A DNA stretch of 64,000 nucleotides, counting the filler, from Circinaria calcarea (Eukaryota), in NCBI GenBank assembly GCA_051942165.1. It is 22 parts of 22 records of this genome, joined end to end, with 100 filler letters (N's around TTAATTAATTAA, not from the genome) between each part and the next. Parts side by side here need not be neighbours in the genome. Positions count along the whole stretch, not along the records: positions 26,341 to 29,165 come from JAVECS010003232.1; positions 29,266 to 32,083 come from JAVECS010003233.1; positions 32,184 to 35,001 come from JAVECS010003234.1; positions 35,102 to 37,918 come from JAVECS010003235.1; positions 38,019 to 40,835 come from JAVECS010003236.1; 17 more parts are not named here. The stretch is one strand, 5' to 3'. The first letter of the stretch is position 1, and each line of letters opens with the position of its first letter. Positions 26,341 through 38,081 of the stretch are shown here, piece by piece. The position numbers and the translations under genes were made by a program. The notes under the pieces were generated by a model. The model searched no databases and was not told the origin of the DNA. It saw only the letters and a list, made by a program, of their open reading frames with translations.

Positions 26341-27294
26341 CTGTAATGCCAACCGCAATGCCTCCTCCTGCTTCTTCAGTTCCTGCTCCCTCAGGAATTG
26401 GGCAAACTTGGACCGCGGGTTGTGGATGCCGCACTCCGTCTTCTGCCGCCCTTTCCAGCGACCAGCCCGCTCATCCTCGCCTTCCTTGATGGGCTGCGTC
26501 GAGTGCCAGTCGCCGATGCTCTTGTAACCTCGATCGAGAAGTTCATTGTAAGGGACGTTGTTTGCTTTGACGTACGCTTGAACCTGCTGGAAGGACCAGT
26601 TCGCAAGGGGGTTGATCTTGATAAGGCCGGCTTCATCGATCTCGATCACATCGAGATCCCCTCGCTTGCCACCCTGACTCCTTCTCCGACCGGTGAGGAC
26701 TGCATTAACCCCAAGCTCACGGTATGCCCTTTGAGCCGGCTCTACCTTCGCCAGCCAGTCGTACAGCTGGTCATTCGTCTCCCACAGCCTTTCGCCGTGC
26801 GTCTGAGCAAACTCTTTGGCATTCGTGACTCCAGCAGGTTGATAGACGTGAATGTTTATAGACGGGTATCGGCTTTGAACATGGTCGACGAGAGCAAGGG
26901 TCTCGTCAAAGTGATGAAGGGTGTCGAGGAAGATAAGATCAACGGTCTGTGGCCTTGGAATTTTGAGCTTCGACAGCATGTCCATGATCACGAGGCCAGT
27001 AAGACCAAAGGCGGTCGTCTGGTAGAGTGAGGGTAGAGTGGTGGTACTCCATCGAAGGATTTCTAGCAAACGGTAATCCATCAGCATGAGTTTATCTCCC
27101 GAAGCGTCGAAGGTCTTACCTTGAGGCTCGAGATTCTGCAGTTGGCGGTTCAGGAAGGTCAGATGGGGTTTGGTGAAGAAAACATCGGGAAGGATGGAGT
27201 CGCTGGAGCTGCCACTAGCATATCCAGACTCGTCGTCTCGGTCCAGCGGCATGATAGACTCGGTATCGTCAAGGCGTAGAGCCAATGATGGCAT
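26341..27294 (-). CDS. MET16: PAPS reductase (3' end truncated)
   Basis: YQTTAFGLTG, FLDTLHHF, KVEPAQRAY, TGRRRSQG, GYKSIGDWHST, ERAGRWKG, KTECGIH. Intron 27063-27119. Confidence 0.95.
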
Positions 27295-28719
27295 ACTTAT
27301 GGCAGACTGAGGCTCGGATTCAAGTGGAATGATGTCGACGGCTTCAACGGCCGTGCAAGTTGGGAGAAATGTAGAAGGTTTTGTAACGGGAAGTCGAGTG
27401 AGATGACGAAGAGAAATACGAAGGAGAGATGAAGGCCATTGACCACTCCCGCCCGCAGTACCGGACAATTACGCTGAATAATTGCCTTTGCCCTGCTGCC
27501 CATGCTGCTCGCACGAGAATCCGATTATGGCGTGATCTCTCGCTAAAATTTCAAACAAAGGCCGCCAACCCACAATTGCCCGGCCTGGACCAATTGCATT
27601 TGCAACCAGACGGCCATGAGAAACCATGACGAAAGCAGTAAGTTCGGAAAAGGAATCAAACGAATGGACAACGAACTGATTCATCAGACATCAGACCCGG
27701 GCGGCCTGACAGAGATGGATGGGAGTAGTAACATTGTTGTGGCAGAGATCAACGGAAGCAGCACCGCGGAGAAGAACCTGTTGCAGCAGAGCCGCATCGT
27801 TGATCTGGCTGCCCTGCGTAAACCGCCGGTTTTGAATGACTTCAACATTGTTAGGATAACGACCATCGACTGGGGCAAGCTCCCTGAACCGGCGTGGGGG
27901 ATGCATATGCGATCGACCGCGATGATGGTTCATCTAACAGAAAAGTTTCCCACTGGAATCTCTGACCGCGGCTGACTAATCAGCCTTCTTTTTCACCTCG
28001 ACACCCGCACTGCATGACGGAACTCCCATTGTCATATGGACAATCACATTGCTATGGATGCTCTGAGAATCTACGGCGACCTATCGAGCAACAACCAAAC
28101 TCCTTCATCTGAACGAACCGTAGCCATAGGTTTCACTTCGTGGTAATCCGGAACATTGGACACGCATGGGCATAGGTACTTCGACCGTTAAATGGTGAAC
28201 TGTCTCGGCTCATCTAGGTCGGATTCACTCGAGGAGTTGATCTGTTTTCTGCTTCAGAGTAGTTGGTTGGTAGAGAAGGGTAGATGTCGATGTCAAACAA
28301 TGGCATTGTCCATGGGATTTTCAAACATGCAAGGGGCTGAGTACTACTATCTTTCCCTTAAGACTCTGTTAGCATCTGGCAATCATCTCAGCGCATTCCA
28401 TTGGAATGAACGCCTTACTTAACATGCTCTTTGCACTGTTTGAACATTGAACTCATGCTGCGTGAGGGGCGAGATATCGCAAGAAGGGATGCAGCATCTT
28501 TGCTTTAGGCAAGGACGTCTCCTTTCGATTTGCGACTTGATCAGATTCTTATAGTAAAGGTGGAGGATGAGTAGAACTTACTTCTCTTCTGTAAGGCCCA
28601 AGTTCAGTCTCCCTCCATGCACGGCGGATGTATTCACAGGCGGTATTGTTTATGTTCGATTGTCCCCAGGTGCAATGCGACGATTCGTTGATAGGCAGAT
28701 AAACTTCTTCCCTTCCCAG

Positions 28720-29165
28720 ATGCTGTCCGCGCGCTGTCAAGCTGCCATCGACAGCGGTCCGCCGGCTGAATCACTTGATGCTAATGGTGCTAATTGCAAT
28801 TTCGACCTTTCTAAGCATGGCACACTCGTATCGGTGTCAATCTCGCTGCGGAACCCTCAGTCCTGTCCATGGCTCAGCGCGGGTTCTGCAAGCGTGACCG
28901 ACATATCTGGAAACCATATCAAACTTTTGCAACTGACACAGCCGAGTAAGGATGTCGTGTCCGATTTGCCGCGATCACCGCCGCCCTCGGTTAGGGTTAG
29001 TCCTGTCCATGAGCTATCACGAATATCAAATGAGTCTTCGGACCAGGAAATCTCGCAACCATACCTGAAGATGTCTTTACCAGGGGTTAATATCAATAAT
29101 GAGCACAACTTCGTGACACCTACAGAGACGCACAGGAGGCACAGTATGGGCTCGCCAGTCTTAGA
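28720..29165 (+). CDS. Possible Ser/Pro-rich protein N-terminus (truncated, start uncertain)
   Basis: Open frame to the contig end (DLPRSPPPSVRVSPVHELSRISNESSD). No family recognised. Confidence 0.3.
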
Positions 29166-30762
29166 NNNNNNNNNNNNNNNNNNNNNNNNNNNNNNNNNNN
29201 NNNNNNNNNTTAATTAATTAANNNNNNNNNNNNNNNNNNNNNNNNNNNNNNNNNNNNNNNNNNNNCTCCCGCTCAGTTGCCATCACCTCCTTACCCTCTG
29301 TCCCACCCCACTCCCAGCCTTCCAACGAAGCAGGCCCCAGAAATAACCTCAACTTAGGACCTCGCCCCTACCCCCCTTAAATCTTCCTCTATCGTCCTTC
29401 TCACTCCTAAAGCCCGGGGGAGAACCGAAAAAAAAGGGCTCGAGGTGCCCCCTGCTTTGAAAGCGGTCCGAAGCTCGGAGTAAACGAAAATTTGCACAGC
29501 GAACATCCCTCAACCAAAACTCCAACTCGGATACTCGCGTCAGGTTTTGGTAGTTGCAATGCAATGGGGAAACCCCCAAACTCATCGGAAAGAGAAAGAA
29601 AAGGCCCGTATGGCCGGCCCCTCCCCCCCAATAACTCGCCGGATCGTTCATTATCCAATTTATCCAACTCATGGAAACATGGGCAATCTAGGTACATGCG
29701 AAGAAGTGGAAAATCTTTCATGAACCCGAAACTAAAGGGTATAGATTTTTTTTTTGAAAAAAAAATTCTCACTTGAATCTACTGGGGAACAAGGACGAGT
29801 CGAGTTCTTCACTCCACTTTACCGGCGGGGCGGGACAGGAGAGATTTCATCAAGATAGAAAGGGGGTGGTGGTGTTGGAATTCAAGGCAGGAAGCGGGAA
29901 GGGAAAAGGGAAAAGGGGAAAAGGGGGAACGGAAAATGGCCTTCCGATTCCTCCAGTCAAGTCCCCCAACCTCGCTTCGTTGCTACATAACCTTTCTCAA
30001 ACGGGCATACTAGGGGGTTTGCGAGATCGAAAATCTAGCCGAATTGCTCGACCAGTGTCCCGGACTTCGGTGGAGAAAGGAGGGTTGGCTATGATGAGAG
30101 GTAAGTTATATATTGGATAAGGTGGAAAGGGCTACGGCAATGCGAAGAGAATAGTAGGAGATTAGGGTGGGTACGCCCGAGATCTTTTCCAAGTCTTGGC
30201 TTGAGGAGACGATGCGCAGTGAGAGGTAGATGTTACTTGTAAGGGATCAGGGGGGTTTTGTTGCGGGAGGTTTTGGTTGTGGTGGTATTCGCTGCTCACT
30301 TGGTAGTGTCTAATTGTCCACTCCTCGTATGCAGCCTATATTGGAAGGGAGAAATGCACAAGTCAGGGATCGCTGCTGGGGTTTGTTATCCTCGTAGGCC
30401 ATTCAATGGGCAACGGACTAAGAGCCATATCCAAGTAGGGCACAAGGGAGCACATGTAGAGAATCATGCATTAGTGGTATTAGACCTTCTAAGATGGTAT
30501 TTCAAAATACGAACCTAGGAAGCGTGTAGCAATCATAATATACCTCAAAACGGCAAAAGCAATAATATGACATGTTGAGATCGTGATCGTAAAAACACGA
30601 AACAGTTATTAGCGTGTAGAATCCAAGTCCCATGGATAATTACACTTTACAGAAGATTAGGCCTCACAACTCGACCACATCTTTGGTTGTAGCAGTTTTT
30701 GAGCGCCAGGACGCCGGCAGAGCCGTCCCCTCGATTTCTCTCAATGAAGAAACCATACTGCA

Positions 30763-31528
30763 TCAGCTGGTTTTAGCATGGCCATTGGCCTTTCCGTTCT
30801 GTCCCTTAGTTCCCTTATACCTGGCCACCTCTTGCTGAACGGCTTTATCAAGGCGTCCTTTTAACTCAGGCCGATAGCCAAAGAAGAACAAAACCTCCAT
30901 CCAGACGAAGAACGGGGCCAAGAAGAGAGCTTGCACCAGATTATCGAGTAGAGCTGGGGCACGACCTTCAAACACGCCATGCCCAACGAATTGTGCTATC
31001 CAGCTGGAGATAAAAACGCCCAATGCCCAGTGATTTGCCGTGGAACCGTAGATGCTGGTAAGGTGGTTCATATAGGCTGTTGCACCAAGTAGTAGAGGTG
31101 CGAGGAGCCCTCCAGCCACTGGCTCCATTAATAGGTAAAGTGCGGCATATGAAATCGCTGCAATGGTACCGAGATTCGGTGGTAGATTGGGGATGGTGAG
31201 CCAGCCTGGGAGAGGCAATAAGGATGGGGTGTTGGTGCCCTGATAGCAGTTCTCAGTCCCTCTTCTGTTGAAAGAAACCTGGCGCAAGAGACTCACAAGG
31301 AGAAATGATGTAATGAGGATGAGTGGGACGCAGGTGACGTGGATGGCTATATTGACCTGGTAGAGGTGTCAATGGTTTTAAATTCTTAGTGGACGATAGC
31401 GGCGACCACATACAGGGTTATGGTGGTAGGATCCATACTGCTGAAGTCAGTACATCGTAGAGGGCTCGTTCACGCATCCCAGAAAGTTGGCGTACGAATA
31501 GCAATTGTTTCTCAAGGTTCAAAGCCAT
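30763..31528 (-). CDS. MPO1: DUF962 / Mpo1-like 2-hydroxy fatty acid dioxygenase, 4 exons
   Basis: MALNLEKQLLF|YGSYHHNP|VNIAIHVTCVPLIL..|GTNTP and WIAQFVGHGVFEGRAPALLDNLVQALFLAPFFVWMEVLF. Confidence 0.93.
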
Positions 31529-32183
31529 ATCGACACTTAGATGTAATTTGGCCCGGGTAGAATGCGTCAGCAAACACTCAGCATAGAAAAGTCATAGTGT
31601 CAACAGGCATAGACACTTCCGTGCACAGCTTCAAGCTATACATGCCCATATATATGAAATTGCTCACAGCTGATGAAGGCCTTAGGTCGCAGGTACGTGC
31701 GTTTTATGTCACGGTTGAATAACGGCCCGTTCCATAAGCTTCACTGCACGGTGGTCGGGATAACTTTTGAGCATTAGCGGTCTATATGCGAATCCGAGGC
31801 TATCTCTAACATCAACTTTCCGAGGAACACCTCTTCCACATATTCCACTGTGATCGCGGCTGTCCTTAAGCACTGGTGAGAGTGCGCAAAATTGCCCGAC
31901 AGCTTTTAAGCACATCCTAAAAGCTTCTTCTACCTCTACGCTATCTTTCCTTCAGGTCGCGTTGGTGCAGTACGTTGTCTAGCGCTTCACTGCGTTAAGG
32001 CTTTACTGATATGAAGGGTGGGTGTTGAAGTGTTATTAAAGTCACTCTTTTGCGTTTCTTCCCGAGGACACAGCTCATAGCTANNNNNNNNNNNNNNNNN
32101 NNNNNNNNNNNNNNNNNNNNNNNNNNNTTAATTAATTAANNNNNNNNNNNNNNNNNNNNNNNNNNNNNNNNNNNNNNNNNNNN

Positions 32184-33443
32184 ACTATCACCCGGACCTA
32201 AAGTTAATTTGGCATTTCCACCTGCCTTGAAGTCTTGCGGACTTGGTGGGTCACCTGAAATTGAAGCTCTAGGGTTCCGTGTTTTCGAATCATTGTGTTT
32301 GACCGTCTCTCCCGTTCGATTAACTTGAACAGTATCTGCTCGAGCGGTGAGTTGTATTGTAGACCCTTGTGCAGTAATAGGCACCGGTTGCGCCCCAATC
32401 AGAAGCTTCTTGAAATTTTGCGTTGGAGAGGCTGAAGTAGCTTTCTCTGAATAGTCTATTCCGTGTTTAGCGTTGTTGAAAACTTGAATAACTGTGTGTC
32501 CAGGCATCCCCAGGATCCCGTCGTAACCAGGTCCCGTAAATCCAAGTTCGGCATCAGGTGGCTCCCGCCCGCCTGATTCGTCAATAATTTCTTCGCTGTC
32601 AATTCCGGAGACACCAAGTATATCGGCCATTTGGCGCATGGCATCAACGTGTTTAGCTTCACTCCGATACCCTAGACAGTCCTCGACTACGGTCACTTCG
32701 AACCCATGTCGAGCAGCGTCTGCCGCAGTCGCATAGATGGAAACGTTAGTAAGGAGGCCACATAAGTACACGTGCGTGACCAGTTTCATCCGGAGTGACA
32801 TGAGGAGAGGAGTAGCATCCAAGGCCGAGTAATGTTGTTTAACAATAATCAGGTCTCGAGCCTCGTCCACCAGAGGAAGAACGTCGTCTGTAATTGCCGC
32901 TCCACGAGTTCCCGGTCTATATAGCTGTGGAGGCTGACCTTTCCTTGGTTTATGAACGTATGCATCTACATTATCATCCGGATTAGCATTGAACACCTTA
33001 TATAACTCTTTGCGTTGGTCCGATCTTGTCTTGGCGGAGGCCCGTCTCATCGCTGCCTTGCTGCGGCTTGAAGGGAAATAGTCAGAAGCCTCGGCAGGTG
33101 GCTGGGTTCCATCGTCTTCCCCTTCATTATCTGTAGCGGCCAGCTCGCACTGCCTGGTAATCAAATCATCGGCCTGGGGCCGCTGCGTAGCACCGTGGGC
33201 AGTAGACGGGCCAGCAGGTTTGATCTCCTGAAATTCCGTCCGCACCCATACGATATCTCCACCCTTACGGAAATAGGGGACCATGGCCTTGATCTTCTCG
33301 ACGAAATCATTTGGCTCACAAACGACGAGCTCCTGGCTGGTATCGAATGAGTCATTCTGCAAGTTCAAGACGATCAAGGCCTTCCGGGTTTCGAATCTGG
33401 GAACGTTGAGAGGTTGGCATGATCCGTTGAAGGCAGTGAACAT
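32184..33443 (-). CDS. Isochorismatase-like domain protein, N-terminal part of a larger protein (3' truncated)
   Basis: TRKALIVLNLQND, DIVWVRTEF, IVKQHYSAL, VYLCGLLTNVSIYATAADAARHGFEVTVVEDCLGYR. Confidence 0.85.
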
Positions 33444-35101
33444 ATCTGCAACTGGGCCGAAGTCTCTGCGGCTTCAATACCGAACATGAACAGCGGATTG
33501 GACAGGGCGTCTTCCTCGTATCAAGATGCGTCTATGGCTCTTTTCAGGGCAAAGATTGATCAGTCGGGGTGCCGTCGTGCAAGAGGCCGAGAGGGATGCG
33601 GACATGACGGAGTACTTTTGGTTCCGAAGCGGGGAGAGGGCGAGCGTAACCGTAGGTAGAACATCGTCCAATCTTCCTGTCCTTGCGAAGGCACTGTTTT
33701 GGTGGTTTGATTCATCGGGGTACAAGTCGCGCCGGAATGAACCGAAAGGCAGAGCAGGAGCACGAGATGAGGGTGAAGTTCTATTTCATGCAGCTCCAAT
33801 GCAACTTTGCCGGCTCTAATGGTCGGTCGAGGTAAGGTTAATATGTAAGGTAATATAAAACCGAGGGGCTAAGGCCGTAAGCGCGCACCTAGATGGCCGG
33901 TGGGATAGGGCACAGTACACGGGACATTTTGCTGCTGCTTCGACTCGCCTTCCGTCTGCATGTCGTGAGTATGCGGGGGGAATAAAGACTTGCAAGGTTC
34001 GGAAGATCCATTTCACCCCTCTTCCCAGCTTCCGATGAATAGATAAGGCCTGCTGTCGAGCTGCAGCAAGCAGCCTGAGATGCGGGGAGTCGAAAGGAAT
34101 CGGATGGAGGGGGAGGGATGATTTACGGACAAGCAATCCATGACTCCCCGTCTGCACCCATAGCACAGGGCAGACTGCATCATCGGCGGCTACGAAGAGC
34201 AATCCTATTTGCGATCCTATCTACACTACCGGGCTATGAACAACTTCCGGCGAGATGCCCTACGCCCACTCGGTGCATCGAAGTCACAACCAAGGTCGGA
34301 CTGCACGCAGCCATACACCAAAGAACCTATGGAGCGACCGGCGCCACAGCATGACATTGGCTTGCCCGTAATAGGTGGCTGGAAAGGCTGGCATGGCTCG
34401 GGGCTATCACCAGGATTCGGCGGCACATCATGATTCGATATGTCGGAAGATGCCAGCGTCTCGTATGATCCTCTTGTGCTTGACACCCTTGGTCCAACGG
34501 TTACTAATCCAGGTCTGAAATGCCGTTGGAATCCTCCAATGCACCGGGGATGCATTCTTGTATACGTGCTTGCGGTCAACGGCCGGGACATATCTCCAAT
34601 CAACAGTTAAGCCCCGATTCTTTGGCATTGTTTTCTCGACGTGGCCTATCAACTCGATGCATGTGTGCAATTTGCGAAGACCTTGGTAGCGGACTTGACA
34701 CCAAATACGTAAATTGAACCAGCGAATTTGTGCCACACCGCATAGTGATATTCATTCTTGCCGCCTAGAGGGGAAGAAGCTAAGGAAGGCGTTGGCCATT
34801 GCGAACCCGCACTCAGACGCCGGCCGACGTGTCCCGCATAGCTAAAAGGTCACAGGATCTGGCACAGCAATAGCAGCGCATCTCATTTGTTGAAATAGTT
34901 GGTAATTCTCTGGCTCCCGTTGCGGGCTTTAGCCGGACTGCTTTTCAAGCCCGTTCCATTGCTCGTCGCGCTTTTTACTTTCCGACCGCCGGATTTCTGT
35001 TNNNNNNNNNNNNNNNNNNNNNNNNNNNNNNNNNNNNNNNNNNNNTTAATTAATTAANNNNNNNNNNNNNNNNNNNNNNNNNNNNNNNNNNNNNNNNNNN
35101 N

Positions 35102-35526
35102 GCCAGGTGGTTAATGAACTGGGTTGGGCTTGGGAGAATGAGGTTTTCGGCGGCCTCGCCCAGCCGACCCAGGGTGCCGACCTCGTGAATTTCCCTTTCA
35201 ACTTCACCAAGTTTCCGACGGAGGACGAAACATGTAGGTATATGAACGCTATATTCATCCGGGGGCTACTGAAAGGCAGCGCAACGTATTACTATGTGTC
35301 CATGGACTTTATTGCCAACTTGCAAAAGCAAAGTATATGGGATCAGGTCGCCAATGAAGGTTTCGATACAGATCCAAATGTTCTCAAGATACCCAAGCAA
35401 ATAGGCATGCGGAGGCCCAACAGAGACCTTTATGGCGCGGATCCATCTTGGAATAAGTCCGAGTCCAGTGAGGGAGAATACGAAGCAGATTCGAACAACC
35501 GCGTGATCAGAATCGAGAAGGCTTGA
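35102..35526 (+). CDS. C-terminal part of a hypothetical protein
   Basis: Open from the contig start, ELGWAWENEVFGG...YYVSMDFIANLQKQSIWDQV. No family assigned. Confidence 0.6.
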
Positions 35527-36772
35527 AAGGGCTTTTCATACTTAAGAAGAGTCACTCTCCTGGACCTTCATGCCGTCAGAAATAATTTAAAAACGATCGT
35601 CTTGGACCGTTAAGGAGTCCAAAGCATTTGCGCCATGATTTGTATCGGCTAAGCGTCAGTTAGCTCGCTCCGGCGCATGAGCCTAGTCCCCCGCAGCTTA
35701 GTGAGTCTAGCTACCAGAATTACGTAGGTAGCTATCGAGTCAGATTGAAGTCCCAAAGCCATCTCAGAAAAAACTACTCCTTCCAAAGTTAGCGACTCAA
35801 CAGCAAGGAGCCTCTAATAATCTCTGAAAATCCCTCCCGCCTAGAGTGCATCACGCGGCCTTGACCTCAAGCCTTCATGCCCAAGGAACTCAATTACCTA
35901 ACGCAGTGGATTACGTTGCTCGAGGGCGGCAAAGCGAATATAAGCCAAAAAGATAGAGACACCACCCGTCTCTAACCCTTTCCCGACCATATCAACGCGT
36001 GCTCTCTTCCCCCAATCACAACAATGTATCACCGTCCGTCAACGAATTTGTCCTCACAGTTGACTCAAAGAATTACAACTTACTCAAAGTCCAAGGGGAT
36101 CAATGTGACGTCACGCACAGAGTTTATAAACAAGACACCCTAAGAGGGCCCGCAAGCCAAACTCCCAATCCCCCATTCCATTCCACGAGCAACCGGCGCC
36201 AGGACGATTACAAAAGCCCCCTAGACTAATAACGACGTCACAAAAACCCAAAAAACCCCCCCCCCCTTTGACATCCCACCAAACCTAGCCATATCACATC
36301 AATCCCTCAAGCTCTCAAAACCCAATCCGAGTGCCAGTGCCCGCCACTCTCGTACCATTTTCCCCCCTATTCCTATTCCTATTTCTGTTCTACAAAGGCT
36401 AGCGCAAATTCTGAAATTAGTACCTAGGGTTTAATCTCTTAAATGCCCCCTTGTAAATGCCCCTTGTGAGGGGGTAAGGGGCGGGTTACGAAGGAGATAC
36501 AGTACGGTAGGGTAGGATAAGGGTAGAGGTAGAGGTAGGGATTATGATGTTTCCGTGGGGAAAAACATGGTTCATGCGGGGGGTATTGTACGTAACGTAA
36601 AGAGTACCATACCATACTTGTACCCGCGAGAGGTTAGTAGTGGGCCCCGTGGGTCAGCGGTTTTGATGGAATCATGGGGCGAAGGGACCAGGGGGGGGTT
36701 CTGGGAATATACTAGGTAGGAAGAGTTGTGAAAGGAATAGGGTTATGTGATTTTTTTGGGTTGGGTTTTGCG

Positions 36773-36800
36773 TTTGGGTTTGGGTTTGGGTTTGGGTTTG
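36773..36800 (+). repeat. (TTTGGG)n microsatellite
   Basis: About 4.5 tandem TTTGGG units. Confidence 0.85.
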
Positions 36801-37623
36801 AGTTTTGAATATTGATGGTAGATTGGATGATTTTGTACACTAGGTTCAGCAGCAAAAGAAGAGAAAGGGGGCGGGGGTTTCTTTTTTTCAAATTCCAATG
36901 AAAATGAAGCAAGGGGGACCCCCCCGATATTCGATTTTGAGTTGATCATGTAGCGCTGTGTCTCTCTCTCTTCGATGGGGATTTGGATTTAATTTGAATT
37001 GAATTGAAAAAATCGATTTTTCAAATTTAATTTCCAATGGAATAATATATATATGTGAGGAGGCAGGGTGTTGCCAGGGGGATGATATCTACGACGGAAA
37101 AAGTCGAGCTATGCAAGGGGTGCTAAGGATACTTGGGAAAGGTTTATTCTACACGCTGTGCCCGCATGCCTGATGGTAGATTTTCGTGTAAAGCTAATCA
37201 TGGTTTAGAAATGTGCGGGAATAAGCATAGAGGGAAATTTGCATTGAACATGGATGCAGGATGGTAGTGATCCATATACTACGTACACCTATTCTATGAA
37301 GAGGAAGAGGAAGAGGAAGAGAAACAAAAAGGCATGGCATGGCATAGGTAGCAAGGATATGGACCCCTGGATTTCTCTATGCGAGCCGTGTGTGCGCTAA
37401 GCCATAGTACAAGACTGTAAGCAGGAGCTAAACCGTGACGGTCATGGTAATCGTTGACGAGCCAAGGGAAATGAATGTCATGGACTGACGAATTACTGGT
37501 AACCCAGTGAGACTTGGGCCGGCCAGTCCCAGTACGGATCGTTGGCGTGCTAACTAGTCTAGACCCAAAGATTTCATTCCAAACCCAAAAAGAGGGAAAA
37601 CGAGGCACGAGCGATTGGGATTT

Positions 37624-37918
37624 TCACGTTCCCGCATAGGGTCTCACCGGGACTTCCATACTGGTTTGCTCAATGGACGTGGTCTTGTGCACCTGCCATC
37701 CGTCTCTGAACGCCCTCGTCTTGACCTTCTCCGCCGAGCTACCGTTGCTCCCGCTGGATTTGACCTCGCGCATGGCTGATGAGCCGTTGACCGCAATGCC
37801 GAGTAGCCGGTGGTGGTTCAGGGATTGCGACGACTTGGATGAGCCGGACCAAGTGGTACTGATACTGGTAAACCATTCCTGGAAGAGGGGTTTGAGTCCC
37901 GGCACGGATAAGGCGATC
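37624..37918 (-). CDS. C-terminus of a PTH11-like membrane receptor (5' truncated)
   Basis: IALSVPGLKPLF at the end of the last helix, followed by a Ser-rich tail, as in the PTH11-like family. Confidence 0.6.
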
Positions 37919-38081
37919 NNNNNNNNNNNNNNNNNNNNNNNNNNNNNNNNNNNNNNNNNNNNTTAATTAATTAANNNNNNNNNNNNNNNNNNNNNNNNNN
38001 NNNNNNNNNNNNNNNNNNGGGGGGTATATCAATCATATCCACGGCTGTCAAATTGGCCCATATCCCATATCTGGACTACCT

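Noticed and set aside
26398..27030. 210-aa plus-strand ORF and many similar overlapping ORFs
   Set aside because: Antisense shadows of well-supported genes (here MET16).
28989..29000. GGTTAGGGTTAG telomeric repeat or template on the minus strand
   Set aside because: Only two units, inside a plausible coding frame (SVRVSP), with no supporting structure.
36773..36800. (TTTGGG)n as a telomere
   Set aside because: Short, internal to a contig, and not the TTAGGG unit typical of filamentous ascomycetes.
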